64,000 bases of DNA from an uncultured Alphaproteobacteria bacterium (lineage in GTDB: Bacteria > Pseudomonadota > Alphaproteobacteria > ATCC43930 > CGMCC-115725), in NCBI GenBank assembly GCA_963789025.1, contig CAWBIT010000004.1:253041-317040 (forward strand), in the 5' to 3' direction. The notes under the pieces were generated by a model. It had not been told where the DNA came from. It worked only from the letters and a program-made list of their open reading frames with translations, and made no database searches. The position numbers and the translations under genes were made by a program. The first letter of the stretch is position 1; every line of letters starts with the position of its first letter. Shown here piece by piece: positions 36,822 to 45,701 of the stretch.

Positions 36822-38902
36822 TTTTCGGTCATGACGATCAACGTGCCGCTTTCTCCGGCTTCGAGGCGCTGACAATGGAATGCGACGCACGGATCCTCGG
36901 GATATTCGCGATGCAGTGCCGCGAACTGCTCGGCAGTCTCGGGCAGCCCCGCCATCACCATTCGGAAAGCGGCCTCATAGCGGCCGATCCGGTCGCTTTC
37001 CAGATCCTCCGGCGCGAGCGGCTCGAAGACATCAGTTGCGGCGTGACGCCCTTTTACGACAAACGAGCCTATCGGGCGGAAGCGGTGGCGCTGCGCCTTG
37101 CCGACGATCTCCCCCGAAACACAGATCCGCGTGCCGATCGTCTTGTTCAATCCTTCGAGGCGCGATCCGGTGTTCAGCATATCGCCGAGCGCTGAATATT
37201 TCAGCCGGGAGCGGGTGCCAACGTTGCCAACCATCGCAACGCCAGTGTGGACCCCGATGCGGGTTTGGCCGAAATGGATGCCGCGGGCCTCCTGCTCGGC
37301 GCTGAAGCGGCGGGCGAACGCGTCGATCCCCAATGCGGCGCTGACCGCCCGGTCGGCGTGGTCCGGCTGGTCGACCGGCGCGCCGAAAAATGCGAGTACC
37401 GCATCCCCGATGAACTCATTCACCATGCCGCCTTCGGCAAAGATCGCCGCGCACACCCCGTCGAAATAATCGTTGCACACGGTTGCGAGAAATTCTGGTT
37501 CGACGGTCTCGGAGAATGTCGTGAACCCCGCGACGTCGGTGAACACTACCGAAATTTCCCGGCGCTCGCCGCCGAGCTTCGGCAGCGCCTCTGAAGCCAC
37601 CATTTGGGCAATGACCGCGGGCGGGAGATAATGTTCGAAGCTCTTGCGCAACAGCGCGCGAGCGCGGTTGCTGGCGGAGTACATGATCCGGTTCGTCAGC
37701 CCGGCCGAGCCGAGCCAGGCAATCGCAGCAGGCGCCGCCGGCAGCAGCAGGGCCATTCCGAAAGCTTGGTAGACGGTGCCGGCGAGTACCAACACGCCGA
37801 TGGCCGAGCCGCAGGCCGCCCGGATCGGGTGCCGGACGAGCAACCCGAGGGCCATGCCGGCTATTGCCCAGCCCCAGACCCACAAATCCTCGCTGCCGCG
37901 GGACAAACCGCGCAGGCTCGGAGCGCCGTCGATCGCCCCCCGGATCAACTGGTCGGCGATAAGCGCGTGCATGGTGATCCCCCATATCGGCTCTTCTCTG
38001 CCGAAGCCGGTGCCGAACGGGGTCGAGAAGGTATCCTTGACGCTTTCCGAGGTGACACCGATGAGAACGGCCCGCCCGCGGACCAGCGAGGCGGCATCAT
38101 CACCGCGCATGATTTCGCCGATGCTCTTCAATGGAAACCGGTGCGGACCGCCGTGATAATCGAGCAGCATTTGGTACCCGGCGCTGTCTAGCCGGATGTA
38201 GGGTCCGCGGCTGTCGTCGAGGGGAGCAATCAGCGCCTTGCCGAGGCGCAGCTGATCCCCCTCCGCGGGCACAGGCCTGATGTGATCAACAGCGAGATAG
38301 CCGAGAGCCAGGGCCATCCCCATGCTGGTGTAATTGTCGACGCCGTCATCGGCGTACAACAAGCCGCGCCGCACGACATTGCCCGGGTCGGTCACGACAT
38401 CGGCGAGGACGGCGCGGTCCGAACCGCGTAGAACCGCCGGAGGCGGGATCGCCCGTTTCGCGCCATCCTGCAATTTGAAGGTCCAGACAATTTCCTTGTG
38501 CTTGGCGAGAACCGCCGCGAGCCGCTCGGTGCCGGGCGGCTTCGGACGGTCGCGATAAATGTCGACACCGATGACCCGCGGGTGCCAGCCGGCGATCCGC
38601 TCCAACAGATCGGCGAGATCGCCGTCCTTCAGCGGCCAATCGAAGTCCTCGACATCGGCCTCGGTGCCGCCGACCAGAAGGACTCTGTTGCTCGGTGCGC
38701 TGCCGGCCCATGCCACCCGCAACCCGTCATAGATCAGGAACTCGAAGGGTTGCAGCCAGCCATGACCGCGAACCACGATGATCGCGGCGACTAGGATGTG
38801 CGCACCTATCAGCGCCTTGAAGCCGGCACCGCGCAAGGTCCGTATGATGCGGTCCCGAGCCGGGGCAAGCCGTCGTAGTGGGTCGATGACCGCGGCGGTC
38901 AT
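36818..38902 (-). CDS. CHASE2 sensor-domain class III nucleotide (adenylate/guanylate) cyclase
   Basis: An N-terminal TM segment, then a ~300-aa periplasmic CHASE2-like region (WPLKDGDLADLL...VIGVDIYRD...VLIGVTSESVKDTFSTP...ITMHA), then TM helices. Cyclase core: FTDVAGFT, EFIGDAVLAFFGAP, LGDMLNTGSRLE. Confidence 0.85.
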   Translation of the reverse strand: MTAAVIDPLRRLAPARDRIIRTLRGAGFKALIGAHILVAAIIVVRGHGWLQPFEFLIYDGLRVAWAGSAPSNRVLLVGGTEADVEDFDWPLKDGDLADLLERIAGWHPRVIGVDIYRDRPKPPGTERLAAVLAKHKEIVWTFKLQDGAKRAIPPPAVLRGSDRAVLADVVTDPGNVVRRGLLYADDGVDNYTSMGMALALGYLAVDHIRPVPAEGDQLRLGKALIAPLDDSRGPYIRLDSAGYQMLLDYHGGPHRFPLKSIGEIMRGDDAASLVRGRAVLIGVTSESVKDTFSTPFGTGFGREEPIWGITMHALIADQLIRGAIDGAPSLRGLSRGSEDLWVWGWAIAGMALGLLVRHPIRAACGSAIGVLVLAGTVYQAFGMALLLPAAPAAIAWLGSAGLTNRIMYSASNRARALLRKSFEHYLPPAVIAQMVASEALPKLGGERREISVVFTDVAGFTTFSETVEPEFLATVCNDYFDGVCAAIFAEGGMVNEFIGDAVLAFFGAPVDQPDHADRAVSAALGIDAFARRFSAEQEARGIHFGQTRIGVHTGVAMVGNVGTRSRLKYSALGDMLNTGSRLEGLNKTIGTRICVSGEIVGKAQRHRFRPIGSFVVKGRHAATDVFEPLAPEDLESDRIGRYEAAFRMVMAGLPETAEQFAALHREYPEDPCVAFHCQRLEAGESGTLIVMTEK

Positions 38903-38907
38903 CGGCT

Positions 38908-41900
38908 TCAGCCGCAGCGCATTGTCAGATGCGCCGTCGTTTGCACTGCGCCGCCATCCGCCTCGATGCCGCCTGCGCCCGGCGTCGGGTTGGGGGTGAC
39001 GTCGCGGCCGGCGATGTAGAGCGCTGGCAACGTTGCTTCCGGGTCCTGCGGCAGGCCGCCCCGGCCCGCCTCGACGAGGCTCGAAATCGGCCGGTCGCTG
39101 CGGGCCGCGCAGGCCTCGCGCAGAACCGCCGCCCGGCCGCGCAACTCGCTCGACAACACGACCAGGGCGCCGTTGACATCGACCCGCGGGCCATTGACCT
39201 CGACCGTCCCGGAGATCCCGAGCTGCGAAGTTGCCGATACGACGCTGTCCGAAGAAGGGATAAACAAACCAGCGGTGATCGTGATGTTGCCGCCATGGCC
39301 TTCGATCGCCTGGGCGATGATGCTGCTGTGATCGAGGATCATGAGCTGCGGGTCGATCGCGATGTTGCCGCCGTTCCCGGTCTCGCCCTTGACCGAGGTG
39401 GTGATCTCGCTGCTCACCAGATAGAGGAAATCGCGGATGTGCAACGTGATGTTGCCGCCGCTGGCCGTCGACGTTGCGGCTTCGGTCGAAATCGCCGCAC
39501 CGTTGTTCATCAACAAGCGGCCTGCCGAGACAGTGATCGACCCCGCATCGCCGCTGCCGGTCGATCGCGCGGTGATTTGTGGTCCGCGATCCGGCAGCAC
39601 GATGTCGGTAGCGACCATGACATCGACATCGCCACCCTTGCCGGGACCCGCGGTCGAGCTGGCGATCTGCGCGCCGCCCTCTACGGTCAGGCTGTTGGCG
39701 TTTACCGTCACCGAGCCGCCCGGACCCGATTGCGGCCCGATCGCCGATGCGGCGATCTGGGTGTTTGGATCGCCGCCGCCGTTGACGAGCAGTGCGCCGG
39801 GCGTCGTCACATTGACCGAGCCGCCGGCGCCGGTACCCGCCGTCGTACTGGAGATCTCGGCCCCCGACACCAGCGCGATCTGCGGCGCCGTCACCATCAC
39901 CGACCCGGCATTGCCGCTCGCCGTCGAACTAGCGGAGGCGATGATCCCGCTCCCGGCGTCGGTCAAGCTCAATGGTCCCTGGGCGGTGACCTGCACGGTG
40001 CCCCCATTGCCTGCTCCGGCCGTCGTCGAGGTCACTCTCGCACCACCGGACAGCGCGATCGCGCCGCCCGCCGCCAGCACCACTTCCCCGGCCGCGCCGG
40101 TCGAGCCCGCCTCGGCCGAGGCGGTGATCCCGCTCGCGCCGCCCGGCCCGGCGCCCGACAATCTCACATTGTTCGCCACGGTCACCGCGACATCGCCGCC
40201 TTGGCCGGGCCCGGCGGTGGTGGCGGCGATCTGCGCGCCGCCTGCGATGGCGAGGGCATTGGCCGCTACCGTCACCGAACCTCCGGGCCCCGATTGCGCG
40301 CCCGTCGCCGAGGCGGCGATCTGGGTATTGGAGACGCCGGCGCCGTCGAGCATCAGCGTGCCGGGCGTCGTCACATCGACCGAGCCGCCGGCGCCGGTCC
40401 CCGCAGTGGTGCTGGAGATCTCGGCCCCCGACACCAGCGCGATCTGCGGCGCCGTCACCATCACCGACCCGGCATTGCCGCTCGCCGTCGAACCAGCCGA
40501 GGCGATGATCCCGCTCCCGGTATCGGTCAAGCTCAATGGCCCCTGGGCGGTGACCTGCACGGTGCCGCCATTGCCTGCGCCGGCCGTCGTCGAGGTGACT
40601 CTCGCACCACCGGACAGCGCGAGTGCGCCGCCCGCCGCCAGCACCACTTCCCCCGCCGCACCGGTCGAGCCCGCCTCGGCCGAGGCGGTGATCCCGCTCG
40701 CGCCGCCCGGCCCGGTGCCCGACAATGTCACATTGTTCGCCACGCTCACCGCGACATCGCCGCCTTGGCCGGGCCCGGCGGTGGTGGCGGCGATCTGCGC
40801 GCCGCCTGCGATGGTGAGGGCATTGGCCGCTACCGTCACCGAACCTCCGGGCCCCGATTGCGCGCCCGTCGCCGAGGCGGCGATCTGGGTATTGGAGACG
40901 CCGGCGCCGTCGAGCATCAGCGTGCCGGGCGTCGTCACATCGACCGAGCCGCCGGCGCCGGTCCCCGCAGTGGTGCTGGAGATCTCGGCCCCCGACACCA
41001 GCGCGATCTGCGGCGCCGTCACCATCACCGACCCGGCATTGCCGCTCGCCGTCGAACCAGCCGAGGCGATGATCCCGCTCCCGGTATCGGTCAAGCTCAA
41101 TGGCCCCTGGGCGGTGACCTGCACGGTGCCGCCATTGCCTGCGCCGGCCGTCGTCGAGGTCACTCTCGCACCACCGGACAGCGCGAGGGCGCCGCCCGCC
41201 GCCAGCACCACTTCCCCCGCCGCACCGGTCGAGCCCGCCTCGGCCGAGGCGGTGATCCCGCTCGCGCCGCCCGGCCCGGTGCCCCACAATGTCACATTGT
41301 TCGCCACGCTCACCGCGACATCGCCGCCTTGGCCGGGCCCGGCGGTGGTGGCGGCGATCTGCGCGCCGCCTGCGATGGTGAGGGCATTGGCCGCTACCGT
41401 CACCGAACCTCCGGGCCCCGATTGCGCCCCCGTCGCCGAGGCGGCGATCTGGGTATTGGAGACGCCGGCGCCGTCGAGCATCAGCGTGCCGGGCGTCGTC
41501 ACATCGACCGAGCCGCCGGCGCCGGTCCCCGCCGTCGTGCTGGAGATCTCCGCCCCCGACACCAGCGCGATCTGCGCCGCCGCCACCATCACCGACCCGG
41601 CGTTGCCGCTCGCCGTCGAGCTCGCCGAAGCGATGATCCCGCTGCCGGCTTGGCTCAAGCTCAGCGATCCCCGCGCGGCGACCTGCACAGTGCCGCCATC
41701 GCCTTGCCCCGCCGTGCCCGAGCTGACGAGCCCGCCGCCGGTGACGACGATGTCCTGACCGGCCAGAGTTACTGCGCCGGCGCGGCCAGTGCTTCCGGGC
41801 TCCGCATTGGTCAAGAGACCGGTGCGCACCTGCGTTCCCGTGCCGTCGATGACGACACCGCCTCGCGCGGTGACATTGAGATCCCCGCCATTGCCCGAAC

Positions 41901-44900
41901 CAAAGGTCAGGCTCTGGATCTCACCACCATTCGAAAGCGACAGGCTGTCGGAGCCGACTGCCACCGTGCCCGCGTTCCCGCCGCCGAAATTGGCGCTGGA
42001 CGCGATGCTGGCGCCAAACCTCGGCGTGCCGGCGCCGTCGATGACAAGCTTGCCCGACGCGTTTACCGAGACTTCTCCGGCGGCGCCGTTGCCAAAGGTC
42101 GAGGTGGAAATCACCCCGCTGTTGAGGATCGAGACGTTGCCGGCATTGACGGTTATATGCCCGGCGTTGCCGCCGTTGGGATCGAGAGTGCGGGCAATAA
42201 TTCCGGCCGGCACCGCGGCACTCGGGTTGGCGATCCCATCGATCACCAGGTCGCCCGCCAGATTGACCATGATGTCGCCGCCGGCGCCTTGGCCGACGGT
42301 GGAGGCCGAGACCTCGCCGCCATTGAAAATGGCGAGCGAGCCGGCGCTGACAGTCACCGCGCCGGCATTTCCGCCGCCGGTTCCCGAGGCCGAAGTGATA
42401 CCGGTGACGTTGTTCTGCGCAGTTCCGTCGATCGAAAGCGGTCCGGCAATCGCGACAGTGACATTGCCACCCGCACCATTTCCGAAGGTCGAAGCCGAGA
42501 TCGACCCGTCCTGGGTAATCGCGAGCGAGTTGCCGGTGACCTGGACATTGCCCCCCGCGCCGGCGGCGTAGGTCGAGGCGGAGATCATTCCGCCATTGCT
42601 CAACCCCAATACTCCGGCGGCGACCTGAACATCGCCGCCCGCGCCGGCGCCGAACGTCGAGGCGGAGATCTGCCCGCCGTTGGTGAGCGCCAGCGAACCG
42701 GCGGTGACCCGAACGTCTCCCGCGTTTCCTGGGTTGAACCCCGACTCCGAGGAAATGCCGGTAGACAGGTTCTGCCCGCGGCCATCGATCGACAACGCAC
42801 CGGCAACATTGACCGTGACGCTTCCGGCGCTCCCGGTCCCGCCCAACGAGTTTACCGAGATCAGCCCGTTCGTTACGATGCTGAGACTGCCCGCCGCGAT
42901 CGTGATGTTGCCCGCGCTGCCCGTGCTGTCGGTCAGCGCAGTAATACCCGTCGGGACGGTCGACGACGTGCCGTCGATCGACAGCGCGCCGGCGACAGTC
43001 ACAGCAATATCGCCGCCCTTGCCCATTCCGAAGGTATCAGTCGCAATCTGGCCATTGGGGCTCATCGACAGTGAGCCGGCGGTGACCGAGATGTTGCCCG
43101 CGCTGCCCGTGCTGTCGGTCAGCGCGGTAATACCCGTCGGGACGGTCGATGACGTGCCGTCGATCGATATCGCCCCGGCGACGGTCACGGCAATGGTGCC
43201 ACCTTTGCCGGTCCCGAACGTATCGGTCGTGATCTGCCCGTTTGGTGTGATTGACAACGATCCGGCATTGACGGTGATGTTGCCGGAGTTTCCGGTGGCT
43301 GCTCCAGTCTTGAGCGGAAGAGAAATCGCACTGATGCCAGTTAGAACGGTCTGCGAAACGCCGTCGATCGACAGGGCGCCGGCGACGTTGACGGCAATGC
43401 TGCCGCCGTTGCCCAAATTCGTCGTGTCGGTGGTGATCTGGCCATCGGGGCCGATGGACAAGGTCCCGGCGGCGATCGTTACAATGCCGCCGTTTCCGGG
43501 TCCTGTGGTGTCGCTGGAAATGCCACCCGAACTTGCCAGCTGCAACGCCCCGGCATTGATGTTGACATCGCCGGCATTGCCGAGCCCGAAGGCGTCGCTC
43601 GATATTGTGCCGCCGTTGATGATCGACATATTGCCCGCGGCGACGCTCACGCTGCCGGCGTTGCCTTTGCTTCCCGGTTCTGCATCCGTGGTTATTCCGG
43701 TCTCGAAATTGGGATTGGCGTTCGTCCCGTCGATGGTCAGCGCGCCGGCGACATTGACCGATAGGTTGCCGGCGTTACCCGTTCCGAAGGTGCCGCTCGA
43801 GACCTGACCGTTGGTGACGATCTTCAAGCTCCCGGCATTGACGGTGACATTGCCGGCGCTGCCGTTACTGACTGAACTGGCGTTGTTGGACGCAATGCCC
43901 GTCAATTGGGTCGCCGAGGTGCCGTCAATCGACAATGTCCGGGCGACGCTGACCGAGACATTTCCCGAATTTCCAGATCCGAACGTGGCGCTGGCGATCT
44001 CCCCGTTGGTGACGATCGACAAATCGCCGGCGGTGACGGTTATGTTGCCGGCGTTCTTTGCGCCGGGCAGGAGTGTCGTGGCGCGGATCCCGGTCGTCGT
44101 CGACAAGGACCCGGCGCCGTTTATCGAGAGGTTGCCGCCGACCTGGACATTGACGTCGCCGCCCGCCCCCAAACCGATCGTCGACGCGGAAATCTGCCCG
44201 GCATTGACGAGCGATAGAGAGCCGGCGTTAACCTGCACCGAGCCCGCATTCCCGCTGCTTCCGGGGTTGGCTTGAGACAGAATACCGGCCTGAAAGACCG
44301 TCGAGGTCCCGTCGATGGACACTGCGCCGGGAGCGCTCAGCGAGACATTGCCGGCGTTGCCCGGCCCGGCGGTGAAGCTGATGATTTCGCCATTGGCCAG
44401 GATGGTCAGGGTACCGGCGGAGACCGCCACATCGGAGGCGGTCCCCCGCCCGGTCGTGACCGCGCCGATTGCGGTCAGAGCTGTGGGGTTGGCGGTGCCG
44501 TCGACTACGACAGTATTGGCATTGACCGCGACCGGTCCGCTATTGCCGGTGCCCTGGGTGATGCTCGCCAGCTCGGCGCCGTTCGTCAGGGTCAGCTGGC
44601 CGGTCGATGCGGCGAGCGGGCCCGCACTCCCCGGCCCGGTGCTGCTGGTCAGCACCAGGCTGGCATCGGCCGAGATGGCGCCGGCTGGCGCGGTCGCAAT
44701 GGAGATCCCCGCGCCGCCGCCGCTACCCAACGCCGCCGCGTGAACAGAGGTGCCATTGGACAGAGCTACCTGCGTCTCGCCGCGCAGCGCGATGACCCCG
44801 CCGGGACCCGAACCGTAATTGTCGGCGCCGATCTGGCTGGCATCGATCGTCAATGCCCCGGCGTGGATGAAGACGCTGCCGCCGGCGCCGAGGACGCCCG

Positions 44901-45666
44901 GATTGCCGACATCGAGTTTGGAGCCGCCCTTGATGTCGACCGACCCGAAATTGCCGACCGTCAAGGCCGGGGTGTTGCGTGGGTCGACCGGCACCTCGCC
45001 GGTGCCGGCGGCGCTCGTCACGTGGATCGTGCCGCCGGGCGCAGCGAGGGTCGCGGCGGAGTTGATCGAGACGGGTCCGGCGACCAGACCGAGGGTCCCC
45101 GACACCGGTCCCAGGCTGCTGCCGTTGACCGTGATCGCGGCCGGCCTCGACGTCAGAAATCCGAAAGCCGCCGGAGGCGCCGCGCTCAACGTGCTGGCGC
45201 CGGGGTTGGTCGCCTGAAACTTGGCACCGTCCGACATCTTGACGTAGTCGGCGGTCGAGGCATGAAAGCTGCCCGAGACATTGACCGTCGCGTTCGGCCC
45301 GAACACGATGCCGTTGGGGTTTATCAGGTAGAGGTTGGCGCCGGCGATGTTGGACTGAATCCGCCCGTCGATCGACGACAGATTGCCGCCGGTCACCCGG
45401 CCGATGATATTATTGACGGTCGCAGGCCCGCTGAACGCGGCGCTTTCGCCGGTCGACAGACCAAACTGTCCGAAGCTGTGGAAAAGGTTGCTGCCGACCT
45501 GCTTGCCGAGATTGGCGGTGATCGAGTAGTTAGGCCCGACCAGGGTCTGGGCCGGCGAGAAACGGCCGTCGACAGTGATGTGCTGACCCGCCGCCAACCG
45601 CGGCGTCAACGCCGCAAGCGAGCAAGCCGCGACAACAGCAAAAAACAGACCGGGTCTCAACGCCAC
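38908..45666 (-). CDS. Two-partner-secretion exoprotein TpsA (filamentous-haemagglutinin N-terminal domain, 2252 aa)
   Basis: Signal peptide and TPS domain (NLFHSFGQFGL...NNIIGRVTGG...LYLINPNGIVFGPNA). It is followed by >2000 aa of Gly/Ala/Ser/Thr/Asn-rich beta-helix-type repeats. GTG start; the stop is 5 nt before the cyclase start. Confidence 0.9.
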   Translation of the reverse strand: MALRPGLFFAVVAACSLAALTPRLAAGQHITVDGRFSPAQTLVGPNYSITANLGKQVGSNLFHSFGQFGLSTGESAAFSGPATVNNIIGRVTGGNLSSIDGRIQSNIAGANLYLINPNGIVFGPNATVNVSGSFHASTADYVKMSDGAKFQATNPGASTLSAAPPAAFGFLTSRPAAITVNGSSLGPVSGTLGLVAGPVSINSAATLAAPGGTIHVTSAAGTGEVPVDPRNTPALTVGNFGSVDIKGGSKLDVGNPGVLGAGGSVFIHAGALTIDASQIGADNYGSGPGGVIALRGETQVALSNGTSVHAAALGSGGGAGISIATAPAGAISADASLVLTSSTGPGSAGPLAASTGQLTLTNGAELASITQGTGNSGPVAVNANTVVVDGTANPTALTAIGAVTTGRGTASDVAVSAGTLTILANGEIISFTAGPGNAGNVSLSAPGAVSIDGTSTVFQAGILSQANPGSSGNAGSVQVNAGSLSLVNAGQISASTIGLGAGGDVNVQVGGNLSINGAGSLSTTTGIRATTLLPGAKNAGNITVTAGDLSIVTNGEIASATFGSGNSGNVSVSVARTLSIDGTSATQLTGIASNNASSVSNGSAGNVTVNAGSLKIVTNGQVSSGTFGTGNAGNLSVNVAGALTIDGTNANPNFETGITTDAEPGSKGNAGSVSVAAGNMSIINGGTISSDAFGLGNAGDVNINAGALQLASSGGISSDTTGPGNGGIVTIAAGTLSIGPDGQITTDTTNLGNGGSIAVNVAGALSIDGVSQTVLTGISAISLPLKTGAATGNSGNITVNAGSLSITPNGQITTDTFGTGKGGTIAVTVAGAISIDGTSSTVPTGITALTDSTGSAGNISVTAGSLSMSPNGQIATDTFGMGKGGDIAVTVAGALSIDGTSSTVPTGITALTDSTGSAGNITIAAGSLSIVTNGLISVNSLGGTGSAGSVTVNVAGALSIDGRGQNLSTGISSESGFNPGNAGDVRVTAGSLALTNGGQISASTFGAGAGGDVQVAAGVLGLSNGGMISASTYAAGAGGNVQVTGNSLAITQDGSISASTFGNGAGGNVTVAIAGPLSIDGTAQNNVTGITSASGTGGGNAGAVTVSAGSLAIFNGGEVSASTVGQGAGGDIMVNLAGDLVIDGIANPSAAVPAGIIARTLDPNGGNAGHITVNAGNVSILNSGVISTSTFGNGAAGEVSVNASGKLVIDGAGTPRFGASIASSANFGGGNAGTVAVGSDSLSLSNGGEIQSLTFGSGNGGDLNVTARGGVVIDGTGTQVRTGLLTNAEPGSTGRAGAVTLAGQDIVVTGGGLVSSGTAGQGDGGTVQVAARGSLSLSQAGSGIIASASSTASGNAGSVMVAAAQIALVSGAEISSTTAGTGAGGSVDVTTPGTLMLDGAGVSNTQIAASATGAQSGPGGSVTVAANALTIAGGAQIAATTAGPGQGGDVAVSVANNVTLWGTGPGGASGITASAEAGSTGAAGEVVLAAGGALALSGGARVTSTTAGAGNGGTVQVTAQGPLSLTDTGSGIIASAGSTASGNAGSVMVTAPQIALVSGAEISSTTAGTGAGGSVDVTTPGTLMLDGAGVSNTQIAASATGAQSGPGGSVTVAANALTIAGGAQIAATTAGPGQGGDVAVSVANNVTLSGTGPGGASGITASAEAGSTGAAGEVVLAAGGALALSGGARVTSTTAGAGNGGTVQVTAQGPLSLTDTGSGIIASAGSTASGNAGSVMVTAPQIALVSGAEISSTTAGTGAGGSVDVTTPGTLMLDGAGVSNTQIAASATGAQSGPGGSVTVAANALAIAGGAQIAATTAGPGQGGDVAVTVANNVRLSGAGPGGASGITASAEAGSTGAAGEVVLAAGGAIALSGGARVTSTTAGAGNGGTVQVTAQGPLSLTDAGSGIIASASSTASGNAGSVMVTAPQIALVSGAEISSTTAGTGAGGSVNVTTPGALLVNGGGDPNTQIAASAIGPQSGPGGSVTVNANSLTVEGGAQIASSTAGPGKGGDVDVMVATDIVLPDRGPQITARSTGSGDAGSITVSAGRLLMNNGAAISTEAATSTASGGNITLHIRDFLYLVSSEITTSVKGETGNGGNIAIDPQLMILDHSSIIAQAIEGHGGNITITAGLFIPSSDSVVSATSQLGISGTVEVNGPRVDVNGALVVLSSELRGRAAVLREACAARSDRPISSLVEAGRGGLPQDPEATLPALYIAGRDVTPNPTPGAGGIEADGGAVQTTAHLTMRCG
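39640..41760 (-). repeat. ~3.75 copies of a 564-bp (188-codon) in-frame tandem repeat inside tpsA
   Basis: The landmark GAGGCGATGATCCCGCTCCCGG recurs at 39935, 40499 and 41063, with a diverged copy at 41627, giving a period of exactly 564 bp. The central copies differ at only a few bases. Array limits are approximate. Confidence 0.9.
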
Positions 45667-45701
45667 GCGGAACCGTTCCTGCGAAATATGATCGTTGGAC
45701 T

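Noticed and set aside
39640-41760. Regularly spaced repeats that could be mistaken for a CRISPR array
   Set aside because: The period is 564 bp with no short repeat/spacer alternation. The repeats are in frame within a coding sequence. No cas genes are present in the window.
38929-43074. Very long plus-strand ORFs (1381, 773, 480, 375 aa and others) antisense to tpsA
   Set aside because: Their translations are Arg/Gly/Asp/Pro-rich low-complexity strings typical of the antisense frames of GC-rich repetitive genes. The minus-strand frame carries an unambiguous TPS domain and a coherent repeat architecture.
38908-45666. Possibility that tpsA/tpsB is a contact-dependent inhibition (CdiA/CdiB) locus
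   Set aside because: There is no VENN or other pre-toxin demarcation motif. The C-terminal domain is not toxin-like. No small immunity ORF follows: the next gene, 5 nt away, is the CHASE2 cyclase. tpsB is not upstream in the same operon.
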